Positions 1-12,146 of a stretch of 36,671 nucleotides of DNA are shown here, one piece after another (the stretch's first letter is position 1; the number at the start of each line of letters is the position of its first letter). Below the pieces are notes generated by a model that had not been told where the DNA came from, did no database searches, and was given only the letters and a program-made list of their open reading frames with translations. Origin of the DNA: Catajapyx aquilonaris (taxonomy: Eukaryota); contig JYFJ02003902.1 in assembly GCA_000934665.2 (NCBI GenBank), forward strand, positions 1-36,671. The letters run 5' to 3'. The translations under genes were made by a program, and so were the position numbers.

Positions 1-1119
1 ACCCCGTTTGGAGGGTCGAAATGCTACCTCTGCAGGGGTCAAGGCCAGAATTGATCGGTTTTCTGCATTATGTAAGGTGCACACGGGTTTATAGTTCTAC
101 GAAGGGATAAATACAATATGGCATTATTTTAACTGATGTGATAATCAGGGGCATGTTTGAATATGGCATGTAATGAATGGTGATTACATGAGTGATTAAA
201 TCAGTTTTACAAATAAATATATTTTGATACGCCATCATTGCACGTCTGCCATCTAGTGAGAATTTTCTACGACAAAAATGGTGGGTGAAGCATGGCTCCT
301 GCCATCTACCGGCACTCATTGTCAGATGAATCAGGAGAAAGCCCGCGTTCATAAAACGTGGCAATATCTTTAAATGCAAATAATTTAAACTAAAGAAATG
401 GCTCAATTGCGCACAAGTTTCCCATAATACTACCTTACTTTCTCGCCATAACGAACACCACTTGCTTCACAATAATTAAGCTCATACCTAAATGTGATGT
501 TGTCATCACAACCAGTTCCAGAGCTAGCACTTCATATAATGCAGCATGGATACCAGTATTCACGGAAATGAGAGTGACATATTGTCATTGGTTTTGCAAT
601 GGCACACCTTTTCTTGCAACTCAACTGTGATCATTCCAGGTGGTTTGAATAATGCGTGGACAAGTCGGTGGAGAAGGCATTTAGTACAAGAAAAATAAGG
701 AATGTCTTCTTTTCAGGTATTAAAATATTTTGGCATGCGTGACTGCTGTTTGCCTATAACTAGACAATAAAAACAGTAGTTTTGCATTGCCAGTAATAAT
801 AAAATATTACATGATAAAGCTTCTAATGGTGAACAATAAGAAAAATGTCACTTTTGAAACTTTTCATAAAACCAAGTGCTGCACTAGTAGGAAAATTAAT
901 TCATTACAAAATTTTACATGCAGGCAGCATGGTGGTGTAATGGTTGGCACCACAGCAGCGTGCATTCCATCCCCTTTATATGGACAGGGGAATTTCTCAT
1001 GTGGGAAGAGATCTGCTAATAAATATAGTAAGTCCATCATAGGGTATCCAATTATCATTAATCAATGACACAAATTATCAAATTTGTAGCTTTTATTAAA
1101 AGCAATTGAAAATTTTAAA

Positions 1120-1122
<3 letters not shown>

Positions 1123-1150
<28 letters not shown>

Positions 1151-1155
1151 NCCCC
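1123..1155. repeat. Poly-C tract containing an ambiguous base
   Basis: C28-N-C4. The N at 1151 makes the true length uncertain. Confidence 0.9.
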
Positions 1156-1566
1156 ACCCGACTACCTTGAAGTAATCACTTGCTCCCTGAATTGGACGCA
1201 TATGGAACAAGTTTCGACAGGTTCTCTTAGTGTCTGTGGGGAATTTCTCAAGGTTCTCCTGTTACCTCCCACTAATCAAAAGCCATCACAGCACAGTCAC
1301 TGAATCAAGTTGGGAATTTACAAGGCGAGCCTCTATAAGTCCCCAGTACTACTGCTGTCCCAAAGAAAACCTGCAGGGTTTGCACTAGACTTTTGTCCTT
1401 ACTGGTTTCGTAGATACTGCTTTTTCCCTTGAGACATCACAGTAGGTCTATCATAGGGTATCAAAGGATTAAAAATCACTTGCTCCAATATACAACATAA
1501 TTGCCAAAATTTCTTTCCAACATATTAGAATATAAACCAACAATCAAAATCACTGAAAGTGTCACA

Positions 1567-4500
1567 CTATTGCAAGTTCAGTTTTGTCACTTCCTGGCGC
1601 ATGGCAGCAATTAACTCTTGGTTAACTAGGAATGTAAATCGTAGGCCTGCAACCTGCAATGATATACATTGTTAAGAAAAATTATCACTAACAATAATTT
1701 ATTAGAGTCCAGTTCCTGGGCTCTACTTGCAAATACTGCACATTACACTCCACCTGATGCTTACCTCAATCATTGAATTATGGATCAACTTCATTTGATT
1801 TCCCGTCAGTACAGGCCTTCCATCAATAAATATTGGCCTTCTTCCCTCATTTGCCACATAGAAATCTCCTGTTGTGCGCAACTTGATCGATGCCTGCCTC
1901 CTTGAAATCTTCCAGGCTGGTCCCTCCAAGGAAAGGTCTGCATCCACACTATTTCCAGGTGTTCCTCTTCCAAGAGTTATCTGCATTTAAAAATAAATTA
2001 TTGCAAAGTTCGTAGTGAAGATCATTATGATCAGGAAACTGCTGAATGCCTTAAAACAGCATTGGTGACATTTTGAAGTACCTCTCTGGAACGCATGAGG
2101 TATCGCACCAGCCTTCCTCTCAGGACAGCAAGAGTCGGGTTCTCCACTTCAGCTGGTGCTATTCCATGGATCTTTTCTACCATCACTTGGAAACGACTTG
2201 ATTCAGCATCGAGAATACGTATCTCACGCTTGTTGCGCCTGGAAAGCCAAGAATAGATCACCTAATGTGTGTACTAACATTAAATAGGTGATAGGTGATA
2301 GGTAGATAGTGGGCATAATGCATAAAATAATGATGCATGCGTATATGAATATGAAGGTATGAATTATGCATAATTACATGCAAGTGCTAAATGCCTACTT
2401 TGTAGTGGATTTTTCTATAATTTTATGAAGAATAATGATACATTTTTTTTGTAATGCACAAAACGGGTTCCCGCACACCTATCATTTAACATCAGCTCCC
2501 GCTCAACCATTTCATCTGCTGGTTCACTGAGCTCGACGTCATCCAGCTGGTCTTCAGCATCTGAGAAAGAAAGTAGTGTGTCCCCCTTGGGGATGGGCTG
2601 CACAGATTGATTAGGAAGAAGATGGTATTGCTTCATTAGGTTCCAGTGCGTTTGTAAAGCTTTCGAAGACCTCAAGAAACGAAAGACTTGTGGATTTTCC
2701 CGCAGAAGTTCCTGGAACACCTCCATTGTAGGTGGTGGGTTCTGGTGAGAGAAAGAAGGCAAACATTAGCACAAACCACTACACAATTAATCCCTTGCAC
2801 CTTGGGACATAAATGGCATAATTCGACATCAAGCAAAAAAAGTATAGAAATTAACTCACTACAGGTATAGTGCTAAGTAGCTTTTCTTCCTCCTTTGAAC
2901 ATAGTGTTCTGGCCTGTACACTGGCTACCGTGTCTGGATGGAGGTTCCTCACAGCAGAGATTGCAAGCCTGGACAGGGAAGGATCATAGAGAAGAGCATA
3001 CCACCTCTCTGTGATCTCAGAAAGAGTGAAATGGCAAGAGAACTTGACTCCTCTATGAACAGTGTCTAGGTCTAGGGTCTGCTGGATAGCTGTAATTAAA
3101 GCCAGATCATCGGTTGGTTTCCACCTCCCGAGGTCCTTTGCTGCGGAGTGGGGCTGGGAGTGGCGTGACTTCTTTGGACGTCGGCTTGACTTTGGGGGAC
3201 GACGGCGGACCTCCAATGCCATATTTGTAATAGTGGAGGAGGGGCCAGGAATTGTGACATCTGGAAAAAAAATAACAAAATTCAATAACTGTGTTTAAGG
3301 CATCCATCCTACACCAAGAAAGAGGTCTGAACTGAGTGATTCGAATTTGTCAAATAAAAATGCCAATGCATTCAGACACTGCAGTTCTTGCAAAGAGCCC
3401 AGATATATTGTGAAGAATTTATTACAAAGAAAGTTGCTCAAACTTGCTGTAGCGGTCTCAGTTTTCAAACTCAGTGGTGTAAAATAATGAAGAGTAACTT
3501 GCAGACTGTTACCAAAATGCAGTCAACATGTTCAGTGTTCCATTCTTACTGGTTTACACATACAGGGTCAACAGCAAGCAGAGATACCAGCTTAAACTTT
3601 TCAGTGGCTTTCCGGAGTAAAGTTCTAATCAGTGTTACTGGTCCCTTATTGAAATGGAAATTGGAAATGGAAACTGCAAATCTGCCAGTTTCCTTAAAAA
3701 CATGATAATGCTTGAAACTTCTCTGAATTAAGTGTTATACGCTTCTTCTTGCCATGTGAGTCCTGATCTCTTTTTTAAAGAATGTGCCATGTTATGAGCT
3801 GATAATGCATAATGCACATGCACCAACCAAACATACGGTACACCAAACTGTACATAAAGGCAAAAGCTCATCCATAAAATCAAAATGCCAACTATTAATA
3901 ATACCCACACACCGAGACACCAGAATTACTCTGTCCCTGCTTCTAGCTTTAGTTTTAACACATAAAAGAGAAACATATCCTAAAAAACTTACAACTTGAA
4001 TTCATTAACTTCCAAAATTCTTACCTGTAGTAACACTAACAGGAGCAGGGATGACTCTTCCTTTAGTTGGCTTAGTGGGCGTCAAATTCAAGCTGGATTC
4101 AACAATTTCATCATCAAAACGGCGCCTCTTTATCGACCTCGTTGAGCTGCAGACATCACATGGTTCAGGTATTATTTTTAAAAATTCTTCCTGGAAATCA
4201 TTATTCCTACCTCCTCCTCTTCATGGACAACTGATCCAGCGGTATGGAGACAGACTGTGAGCGAACCCTCTCACCAGAAAGGCTCTCAACTACAACGTTG
4301 GTTGACGAAACAGAGGTGTCCGAAATGGACTCAGACTGCGAGTGCACTCGTCTCAGGCCAATGGCTCCTTCAAGGTGTTGTGGAGTCCCTTCCTCCACAC
4401 CCTCCATTGCTCCTCCAGCAGTCGAGTCAGACTGGGAAAAGGTGTCCCCGAGACTACTTTGGGCACTCATATTTCCACAATCTTCTGCGCCGGATGACTC

Positions 4501-4569
4501 AGGAAAGTCACTCAGGTCAGGGACACCCTCACTGAGGTGATCTTCCACATTTATCTCCATCTCAGACAT
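1567..4569 (-). CDS. MCRS1: Microspherule protein 1 (INO80/NSL subunit, C-terminal FHA domain), 7 coding exons, about 534 aa
   Basis: Exons 4569-4211, 4146-4025, 3260-2860, 2741-2479, 2238-2082, 1980-1765 and 1653-1567 are all GT-AG and phase-consistent. Family motifs: RRSSTRSIKRRRFDDEIVESSL, DLGRWKPTDDLALI, VHRGVKFSCHFT, LAVLRGRLVRYLMRSREITLGR, and FHA DLSLEGPAWKISRRQ. A candidate 5' UTR intron lies at 4825-4595. Confidence 0.96.
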
Positions 4570-5666
4570 ACTGCTCTCAGCTCCTCAAATCAACCTGAAA
4601 CGACATTGAAATTTTTGCACCAATAATTACCAAGTTCGGGCCTTTGACGCTCAAATGGCCAAGTCAAAAACTACGAGTTATTTGGCCGGTAATCACTCAG
4701 AATATTTCAAGCTCTTACAACTCCTCATGTGGCTCTGCCCATAACCCAGTGAGCTACGTCCAGTACCTGACCAACTGCGTGTCCCTCGTCTCATCACCAT
4801 CTACTCCAGTAATTTTCGCCCATACCTACGGAAATTCCCTGCTGAAAACAGCGGTTTGCCTTCCGCGCGAGTCTCTCGTCTCCTGTCCTTTGTTCTCTTT
4901 ACGCACTGGACGCCGCCATATTGGAATCAGTTATTTTGGCAGGCGTGCCAACTTACTCATACATCAGGTGGTGCCAACCATTGCAAGCTGACCTCACTAG
5001 TGAAAAAATACAGCTTGAGAATAATATTCAAAACGGCATGTTTCACATCAAAATAAAATGAAATAAAAACTAACGTAGGTCAGAAGGCATTTTGCACTCG
5101 GTCATGGCAAGGTCATTCGTCATTGTCAGCTCTTGGTCGTGGTCACAGTTGCACCAATATATGCGGATGCCACCAAGAGCTAATCATGCCACCAAGATGC
5201 CACAAATAAACCAAATCAAATGGGAATTGCTCCTGACCAAACTAAATTCACCCAAGGAAATAGGAAATTGCTTCCTGAAAAATGAGAGGGAAAAATCTAG
5301 ATAATTATTTGCATCATTTTCCTGGCACAATGTGTTATTGTGAGTAAGTGAAATATTCAGGCAGCACACATTCAGAGCTGAAAAATACTTACAGGCTGCT
5401 GTTCATTTTCTCGCTAGTTTTCCAGCCTGAATGTTGCATAGTATAGTCTACAGCTCTTGCTACAGCGGATCTTCAGGGAAATAGCAAAATACTGTACCAC
5501 ACCTTTTCTGCCAATAAAATGTCAAGTTCACGAGTTAATGTTTAAAAAAAGGACTAAAACCTTCACAAATATATTTCACAAGGCACAATAACTTTAAAGG
5601 CCCACCTAAAAATTATCACATGAAAATATTTATAATATTTACACTGGACACTTGACATTTATCGAT

Positions 5667-6524
5667 TTATGCAACATGCTTCTCCATGGCTCTAACAATG
5701 CTCGCTAATCCTGCTTTGAAGTCCTCATTTTCTGGTGCTAGACACACAGCCTTTCTTGCACTTGCACAAGCCAAGTTGAAATCTCCTGCAGGTGAAAGGG
5801 AAGAAACATCACTTAATAAAAGGGCAACATCTAAATATTCTACCAGGTAAATATCAACAAACCGAGGCGATATAACACAGTTGCTTTGTTATACAGTGCA
5901 GCAGCAAAATCCGGATGCAAATTCAAGGCCTTGTTGTAGTTGTGAAGAGCATCATCAAATTCTACAGCCAAATAGTGAATGTGGCCCCTGTTGTTGTACA
6001 AATGTGCCAACACTTTTGACTCCCTGGAAGTATAGATTAAATACCAAGGGTAAATTAACTACTGCATAATTATTATTTTTTTAAATTGAAACTTTACGGC
6101 ATTTTACAAAAATTTCGGGTACAAAATAATTCGTTCCATAGGCCTACTTACGGTTGGAAATGTCCTTCATAAAATAGTTCAAAAGTTCTTACTGGCTGCT
6201 CTAATGGTTTGGTTTAGCTTTAACACATGATGATATAAAAATATAAAAATATATTTTTTTTTACCAAGAGTGTGGATGACATGACAATTTGCAACGGTAT
6301 TGGTAGTGATGCTGGTATGTGGTTGATATACACCGTGATGTTTCAATAATCACAAATACACAGATACTCTACCTTTCATTTGACTTATCCCGTGATGACA
6401 TTTCAAACGTTTTGATGCGGTCAGAATACACATTTATTGCAGCATTAAAGTTCCTTTGGCTCACAAGCTCTTGCACTTGTTCATCAGTCTCTCTCACATC
6501 AGAGGACATCTCAATTGCTGCCAT
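5667..6524 (-). CDS. TTC32: Small tetratricopeptide-repeat protein, TTC32-like, 3 coding exons, 143 aa
   Basis: Exons 6524-6373, 6023-5863 and 5785-5667 splice in phase to MAAIEMSSDV...NFNAAINVYSDRI...LAHLYNNRGHIHYLAVEFDDALHNYNKALNLHPDFAAALYNKATVLYRLGDFNLA...LAPENEDFKAGL...HVA*. This matches the TTC32 pattern (YNNRG..Y..V.F..A..DY..A....P.F....YNRG..LYRLG). A candidate 5' UTR intron lies at 6787-6612. Confidence 0.88.
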
Positions 6525-6787
6525 ATGCTGTTATGGTGGTTTGTTACACTTCACACTGTTGCTATACCTGCTGTACGCCTAGTTGTAGGTATTTATGGTG
6601 GAGACCGAAACCTGCAGTTGCATGGAGAATAACACTAAACATACTGTCATGTCACAGTTACAAGTAGAACATCTGTACTAAAAATCCTCTACTATCTCTA
6701 CTCTGCTCAGAAACCTTACACATTTTTAGGCATGCAAACAACCTGCATTCCCAGTTATTCCAGACAGCGTGCGTGTTACATACTCAC

Positions 6788-7212
6788 TTTGTACTGCAAG
6801 TGGTAACTGGTAAGCAGCACCTGCGGATTGTTTTCTTTTTGATCCGAGGTTGTGAGCCACACCATCATCCTGCTGGGCATTGCCCTATCGCCGCTTCCCG
6901 GGCAGCCACATTTGAGTGCAAGGCCAATGGGAGTGGTGCCAGTGTGCCCCCTCCAGAAGGAGCTGCAAGATGGCGCTCTGCTGCACTTGGCTTCCGTGAT
7001 TCTGGAGGAGGTGTCTGTCGTGTGCGTGTCCCCCGACTCGACAGGACTCTCCTGGCCACACCACACTTCTAGCACTGCCTAATCACCTTCTGAGTACGTC
7101 TCCAGGAGTGCAGGCAGCGAGGTCTGCTCTTGCCGGAACCATGCCCGGCACCGCATGCGGCCATGCCGGACAAGTGTGAATCTTCACGAGGTGTTCGATC
7201 AATCTGTTGAGC
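6788..7212. promoter_or_regulatory. Bidirectional promoter/5' leaders of TTC32 and CLPTM1L
   Basis: GC-rich segment between divergent genes. AAGATGGCG at 6967-6975. Minus-strand GTGAGT donor at 6787. Confidence 0.55.
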
Positions 7213-10200
7213 ATGTACTGGCCGTCGTTCAGCCTAATCGTCACAGGCCTGTTCGTGGCATACACGCTCAACGGGATATGGAGCGTGGCACAGCTCTTCT
7301 ATCCACCCAAATGCACGGGGAAAGAAGTCTGTCTGGAGTCCTACCTCAATGCTAATCCTAAGCTGCAGGTGAGCATCCCACACTTAGCTGCTCCATTCCT
7401 CGCAGCTGACATTCATATCTTTTGCAGCTGGTGCTGTTCACATCTGTTCAGGAGTATCCTCGCAGAGTGTCTGACCTGAATCTGGTTTCACACTGGAAAC
7501 AGTTTGATTACCATCAGCCATTTGACAAGTGAGATTATGTTTGTGTAATACTGCACAGACGAATAGGAAATGCTAATTATGATTACATGTCTGCAGGACT
7601 GTGAACATTCCACTGCCATCATCCACCCGCAAGAATGGCACTCTTCACCTTCACGTCTACCTGGCTCCTCGTAGCACCGCCAGTTCCGACTGGCACCCTG
7701 TCCTGAGCGACCCAAACATGGTCTACACCACCCATCCGCTCACTCAGTTCCACACTCCAGAGGCCCCTGTACTCCAACTGCTGAGCTCAAAAGAAGAGGA
7801 TGCTCTCAAGAAGGGGAAGCCAACTCACAATATTGTTCGCCCATCAAGTCATTTCAGGTATAAAATAATAATGTACGGAAAACGAGAGAATGATCTGACG
7901 TCATTGTTTGTTACATTGTTGCTTTTTGTTGACACTGTTTACTCATATTGTTCGGTGAGGGTATTTCCATGGAAACCTTGATGACATCAGATCGTTCTCT
8001 CATTTTCCATACTATATCATTCTTTGGATTGGATTTGTTTGTTTACAGAGGTGGATAGTTAGAGTTTTCATTTATTCAGTCTGTATTTCATGAAAAGTTG
8101 TCTTATTGGAAACAAAGTTGTTCGCAAAGTATGATCTGCAATATGCATTTCTTCCTGGCTGGCAATTTAGTGCTGCCACAATTGTTCTGAATCACCACGC
8201 ATTCTTTGGCATGCCATTATGCCACTATCAAATGTGTTCACCCAGGGGAGAAAAAATAAAAGGAAAGACTGGCATGTTTTTGTCTGCCTCCTATTCCATA
8301 TATCTGTCCACGTAGTCCTGTGTATTGTCCTCAGTAGTAGTTTTCAGATGTGTAGGGTGCAGTACATACATGCTGGTTAATTTTGAATAGAGTTCATTTA
8401 TGGGAAAATTATGGGAAACTAGGCAGGCATCATCCAAGGTGCTTTCTGGTTTTCTTAAAACTTTTCCACTGATAGTGGCTTATTCATGTAGTTAAGGACT
8501 GTTAAAAGAAGAGATCATGTCTTTTTTTTACAGGTCAAAGTTGACATTGGGGATGGTTACTGAGGAACTCCACCTTCCTAGTGCACTCCCACTTGATCTC
8601 GCTCAGTTCGTCCGCCTGACGTCTGACAGAAAGATCCTTCCTCTACTCTTCTTCGACACACTGGCTAACCGCATTGATGACCTTCACAAGATAAACTCCA
8701 GTGATGATTCCACCAACTTGATTCTACTCTACTCTCCAGTATTGCTCGGGAAGCATCGTCTCTGGAAGCAATTTGAGGCATCCATGTCTACCCTGTCCAA
8801 ATTTGGGTTTAGTGCCAAGGACATTGATGAAGTGAAAGGCATCTTCACTGACACGAATGCCATTCTCTTGTGTGTGACCTTCCTAGTGGCAGCAGTGCAC
8901 CTTCTGCTGGATTTTCTGGCCTTCAAGAATGACATCTCTTTCTGGCGGAGGCGCACTGATACAGTTGGAGTCTCTACTCGCACACTGGTGTGGCGTGCAT
9001 TCAGCCAATTTGTGGTATGCTTTTATCTGCTGGATGAGAGGAGCAGTCTTCTGGTTCTAGGACCATCCTTCGTGGGAGCTGTCATTGAGCTGTGGAAAGT
9101 AGCCAAGGCTTTCCGAGTCAGTCTGAGATGGGAGGGAAGAACTCCGAAGATTGTGATAGGGGATGCCTCTAAGGAAGAGCTCAGTACACATGCATATGAT
9201 GCAGAGAGCATGAAGTACCTCTCCTACCTCCTGTACCCATTGTGCATTGGAGGAGCAGTTTATTCTCTACTATATGTTCCTCACCGCAGGTACGTACATT
9301 GAGTAATGTTTTAGTGGTGTCAGTAATAGAATCTCTGAAGCTGATAAATTAGGACACTAATATTTGTTCTTGAGTTATCACATCATTTATGTTTCCAGTT
9401 GGTATTCCTGGGCTGTGCATAGCCTGGCGAATGGAGTGTATGCATTTGGATTCCTCTTCATGTTGCCACAGCTTTTTGTGAACTACAAGCTCAAGTCAGT
9501 AGCCCATCTGCCTTGGCGAGCCTTCATGTACAAGGCATTCAACACCTTCATCGATGACCTCTTCGCGTTCATCATCACCATGCCCACTGCCCACAGGGTG
9601 GCCTGTTTCCGAGATGACATTGTCTTTGTCATCTACTTATACCAGCGGTGGTATGTATTTTAGTTAGAAAACTTTCAAAATAACTGACAGCATTTGCTAT
9701 TTTTGATTTTAACATTACAATTGATACAATGGATGTACAGTATTTTGTCCTTGCCAAGTGTGAAGGATCCTTCAGGCTACTGAGACTAGCCATTTTGGGC
9801 AGCATGTTATGGGAAGGTATGGTTTGTGGGTGTGTCAGATGTCAGCCTTATCGGTAGTAATTTTGAATTGTACATTATAACAGACAACGGCTGGAGATGC
9901 TTATGTGACAGAAGAAAATCACTATAGTTTCGAAACAAAAGCAGAAAAAGGCCTGCATTTAAGTCATTTCTGAATGCACCAAATGTAATGGACATTGGTA
10001 AAATTTTGATTTCACATTTTTAGAAGGCCTTCAGTTGCCCTTCAACAATGCTTCAGACACTAATTCCAAGAATGATGCACCTGCATCCTGTGATTTAAGA
10101 ATGCCATAAAGTGTTAACTATGACCTTTCTTGTTTGGTGCTTGAAACCTCAGCAATATTCCCTTAGATTTATTTATACAGTATAGGTAATGAAATAATAA

Positions 10201-10478
10201 ATGATACTTATGAGTCATTTTTCCTAAACAGGTTGTACCCAGTTGATCACCAGAGAGTAGATGCAGATACTCAACATATTGCAAGTGGTGAGGACAAGAA
10301 GAAACACGCTGAGGAGAAGAAGAAGAGTGTCACCCATGCAGAAAACAGAAAAAAGAATCATAACAGTCCAAATGGCAAGAAGAAGAATGCTACAAGCCAA
10401 GACGACAAGAAGAAGAATGCTACAAGCCATGATGACAAGAAGAATACAGCAAGCCATGAAGAGAAGAAGAAGAAATGA
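7213..10478 (+). CDS. CLPTM1L: CLPTM1-like protein (ER multi-pass lipid scramblase), 6 exons, about 590 aa
   Basis: Exons 7213-7368, 7428-7528, 7597-7857, 8534-9289, 9399-9650 and 10232-10478 are phase-consistent. Motifs: TRKNGTL, KDIDEVKGIFTDTN, DFLAFKNDISFW, FGFLFMLPQLFVNYKLKSVAHLPWRAFMYKAFNTFIDD, YLYQRWLYPVD. AATAAA at 10611-10616. Confidence 0.96.
10377..10475 (+). repeat. Coding tandem repeat (27-30 nt unit) in CLPTM1L C-terminus
   Basis: AAGAAGAAGAATGCTACAAGCCA(AGAC/TGAT)GAC at 10377 and 10407, a degenerate copy at 10437, and more diverged units from about 10282. Confidence 0.85.
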
Positions 10479-11137
10479 AGATGTCGGCATTCCAGATGAG
10501 GATGCATATTATTTTTGTCTGTGATGGTGCTGTATAGGGAATATCAGATATTCCCCACTTGTTACTGGCAGTGTTACTGAGCACAGAGTAAAGATTTTCT
10601 GTTGTACTCAAATAAAGACCTTGGGAGAAAAACAATCAAGACCCACTTTTTGTCAAAAATGAGTTACATACTCTCAGAAGATAAAGTCACTAGCACAGAA
10701 TAATGATAGTTTGGCCGTGGTTGTGGAGTAATGATCATAGGTCACCATGGAAGGCCCCGAAAGTGGGGAGCCTTATGAGCCTTCGAAATTTTAAATGGGA
10801 GTATCTCAGTTTCACCTGAGGTGGACCTTATTCGTTTTTCTCCCGATGTCTTCAAATAGTTTCACTATACTCTACAGTCTACAAAACATGTTTTGCAGGA
10901 TCAGCCTGTGATGACAACATGAGATGCGAGCAGGAAGTGGAACAGTACTATAAAACTTTGCAATGTTGTATTACAGACTAATAAGGCGATATAAGGTCAC
11001 AAATAGGGTCTTTCCGGGTCTTTCTCATCTCACAAGCTGCTACTCTGTGTAACTAATACAAGTTCAGTGTTGAATAACTGATACACTTGAGCTAGACCCT
11101 GCAAAAGCGTAACTGCTGTTGAAATGGATCAACAAAG

Positions 11138-11545
11138 ATGGCGTCGTTCAGTAGGTTGGTTCGCATTTTCTCACTCCGTCGGCCTTTGCCCCTGGGCAGC
11201 CCCGCTTATTCCACCGGCCCCGGGGAGGCCCCACCGCCGGGAGAAGCTTCACCGGATACGACGGTGGTGATGACCCGGGACCGCTCGACCCTGGTGTGCT
11301 GGCATCCTCCTCGAGACTTCCCGTACGAGCACACGCGTCCCCTTCCCGTCGGCGCCCCTGCAACTCACCCCACGATGCGGGTTCAGGCACTGCAGCCCGT
11401 CAAGGAGATATTCAGGCCCATGCCAGAGCAGCATGCTCGACTACAGCTGCAGAGGCTCACGTACACCTCGAAGCATCGATGGTTCCCTCCAGGGAAGAGG
11501 AAGCTCAAACACAAAGACACACAGCGGGACAGGGAGTACCTGTGA
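11138..11545 (+). CDS. MRPL42: Mitochondrial ribosomal protein L42 (mL42), single coding exon, 135 aa
   Basis: Arg/Ser-rich N-terminal presequence, family motifs VCWHP..DFPYEHTRPLP and TYTSKHRWFP, and C-terminal REYL. Start context is AAGATGGCG. Confidence 0.92.
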   Translation: MASFSRLVRIFSLRRPLPLGSPAYSTGPGEAPPPGEASPDTTVVMTRDRSTLVCWHPPRDFPYEHTRPLPVGAPATHPTMRVQALQPVKEIFRPMPEQHARLQLQRLTYTSKHRWFPPGKRKLKHKDTQRDREYL

Positions 11546-12146
11546 TGATGCCCTGGTAAGAGCTTGCAAAGGATTATCTTGTCACAATGGGTGCTGCCGT
11601 TACACTGCAGAATCAGGCACATTCGAGTCAGGATCATGGTGACTTGTAGGTATGACTTGACTATACAAGTAGTTGAATCACGCCTACAAGCCAAGGTGAC
11701 AATGTCTTGAGCACTGGCTGACCCATAGTCCCAAAATTGGAGATGCACAAGGCATACTTAGGAATTCAGATATTGAGCAATCCTGTGCATTGAATATGTC
11801 ACCAGTATGCGGATACTGAGATTAAATGCTCAAGGCTGTCTTTCATTCCAGGTCTGCAGAAACCATGCCACTGTAGATAACAAAATTGCTGCAGTTTCCA
11901 ACATTGCTGTACAAAGCCAGCTGATCTACTACAAAGCCAGTTATGACCACAACTACCACTATCCTGCAACACCTGGAGATTGAGTTTCTGTTAGTAATTC
12001 AAACGATACCCCCATGTACAGTATGTTGGCGTATAGGAATTATAACCTTTATTAATTTTTTAGATGCTAATACAATGTCACAAAGTGGTGATTGATCATC
12101 TGTCAAGCGAAATAAATTGCAAAGAGAAAAATTAATTTGAATATGT

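Noticed and set aside
1..1090. Short ORFs at the window start
   Set aside because: AT-rich, with no family motifs or coherent exon structure. Probably intergenic or UTR.
6849..7082. Plus-strand ORF with coding-like GC3 bias (LQKELQDGALLHLASVILEEV)
   Set aside because: No recognisable family and no convincing start or splice partner (the nearest donor gives only a 39-nt intron). It lies in the GC-rich bidirectional promoter. TBLASTN conservation would reopen it.
10224..10524. Hydrophobic minus-strand ORF and Arg-rich alternative-frame ORF
   Set aside because: Both are shadows of the AAG-rich CLPTM1L tail repeat.
10751..10830. Small hairpins between CLPTM1L and MRPL42
   Set aside because: Short stems with no recognisable RNA family; possibly a repeat remnant.
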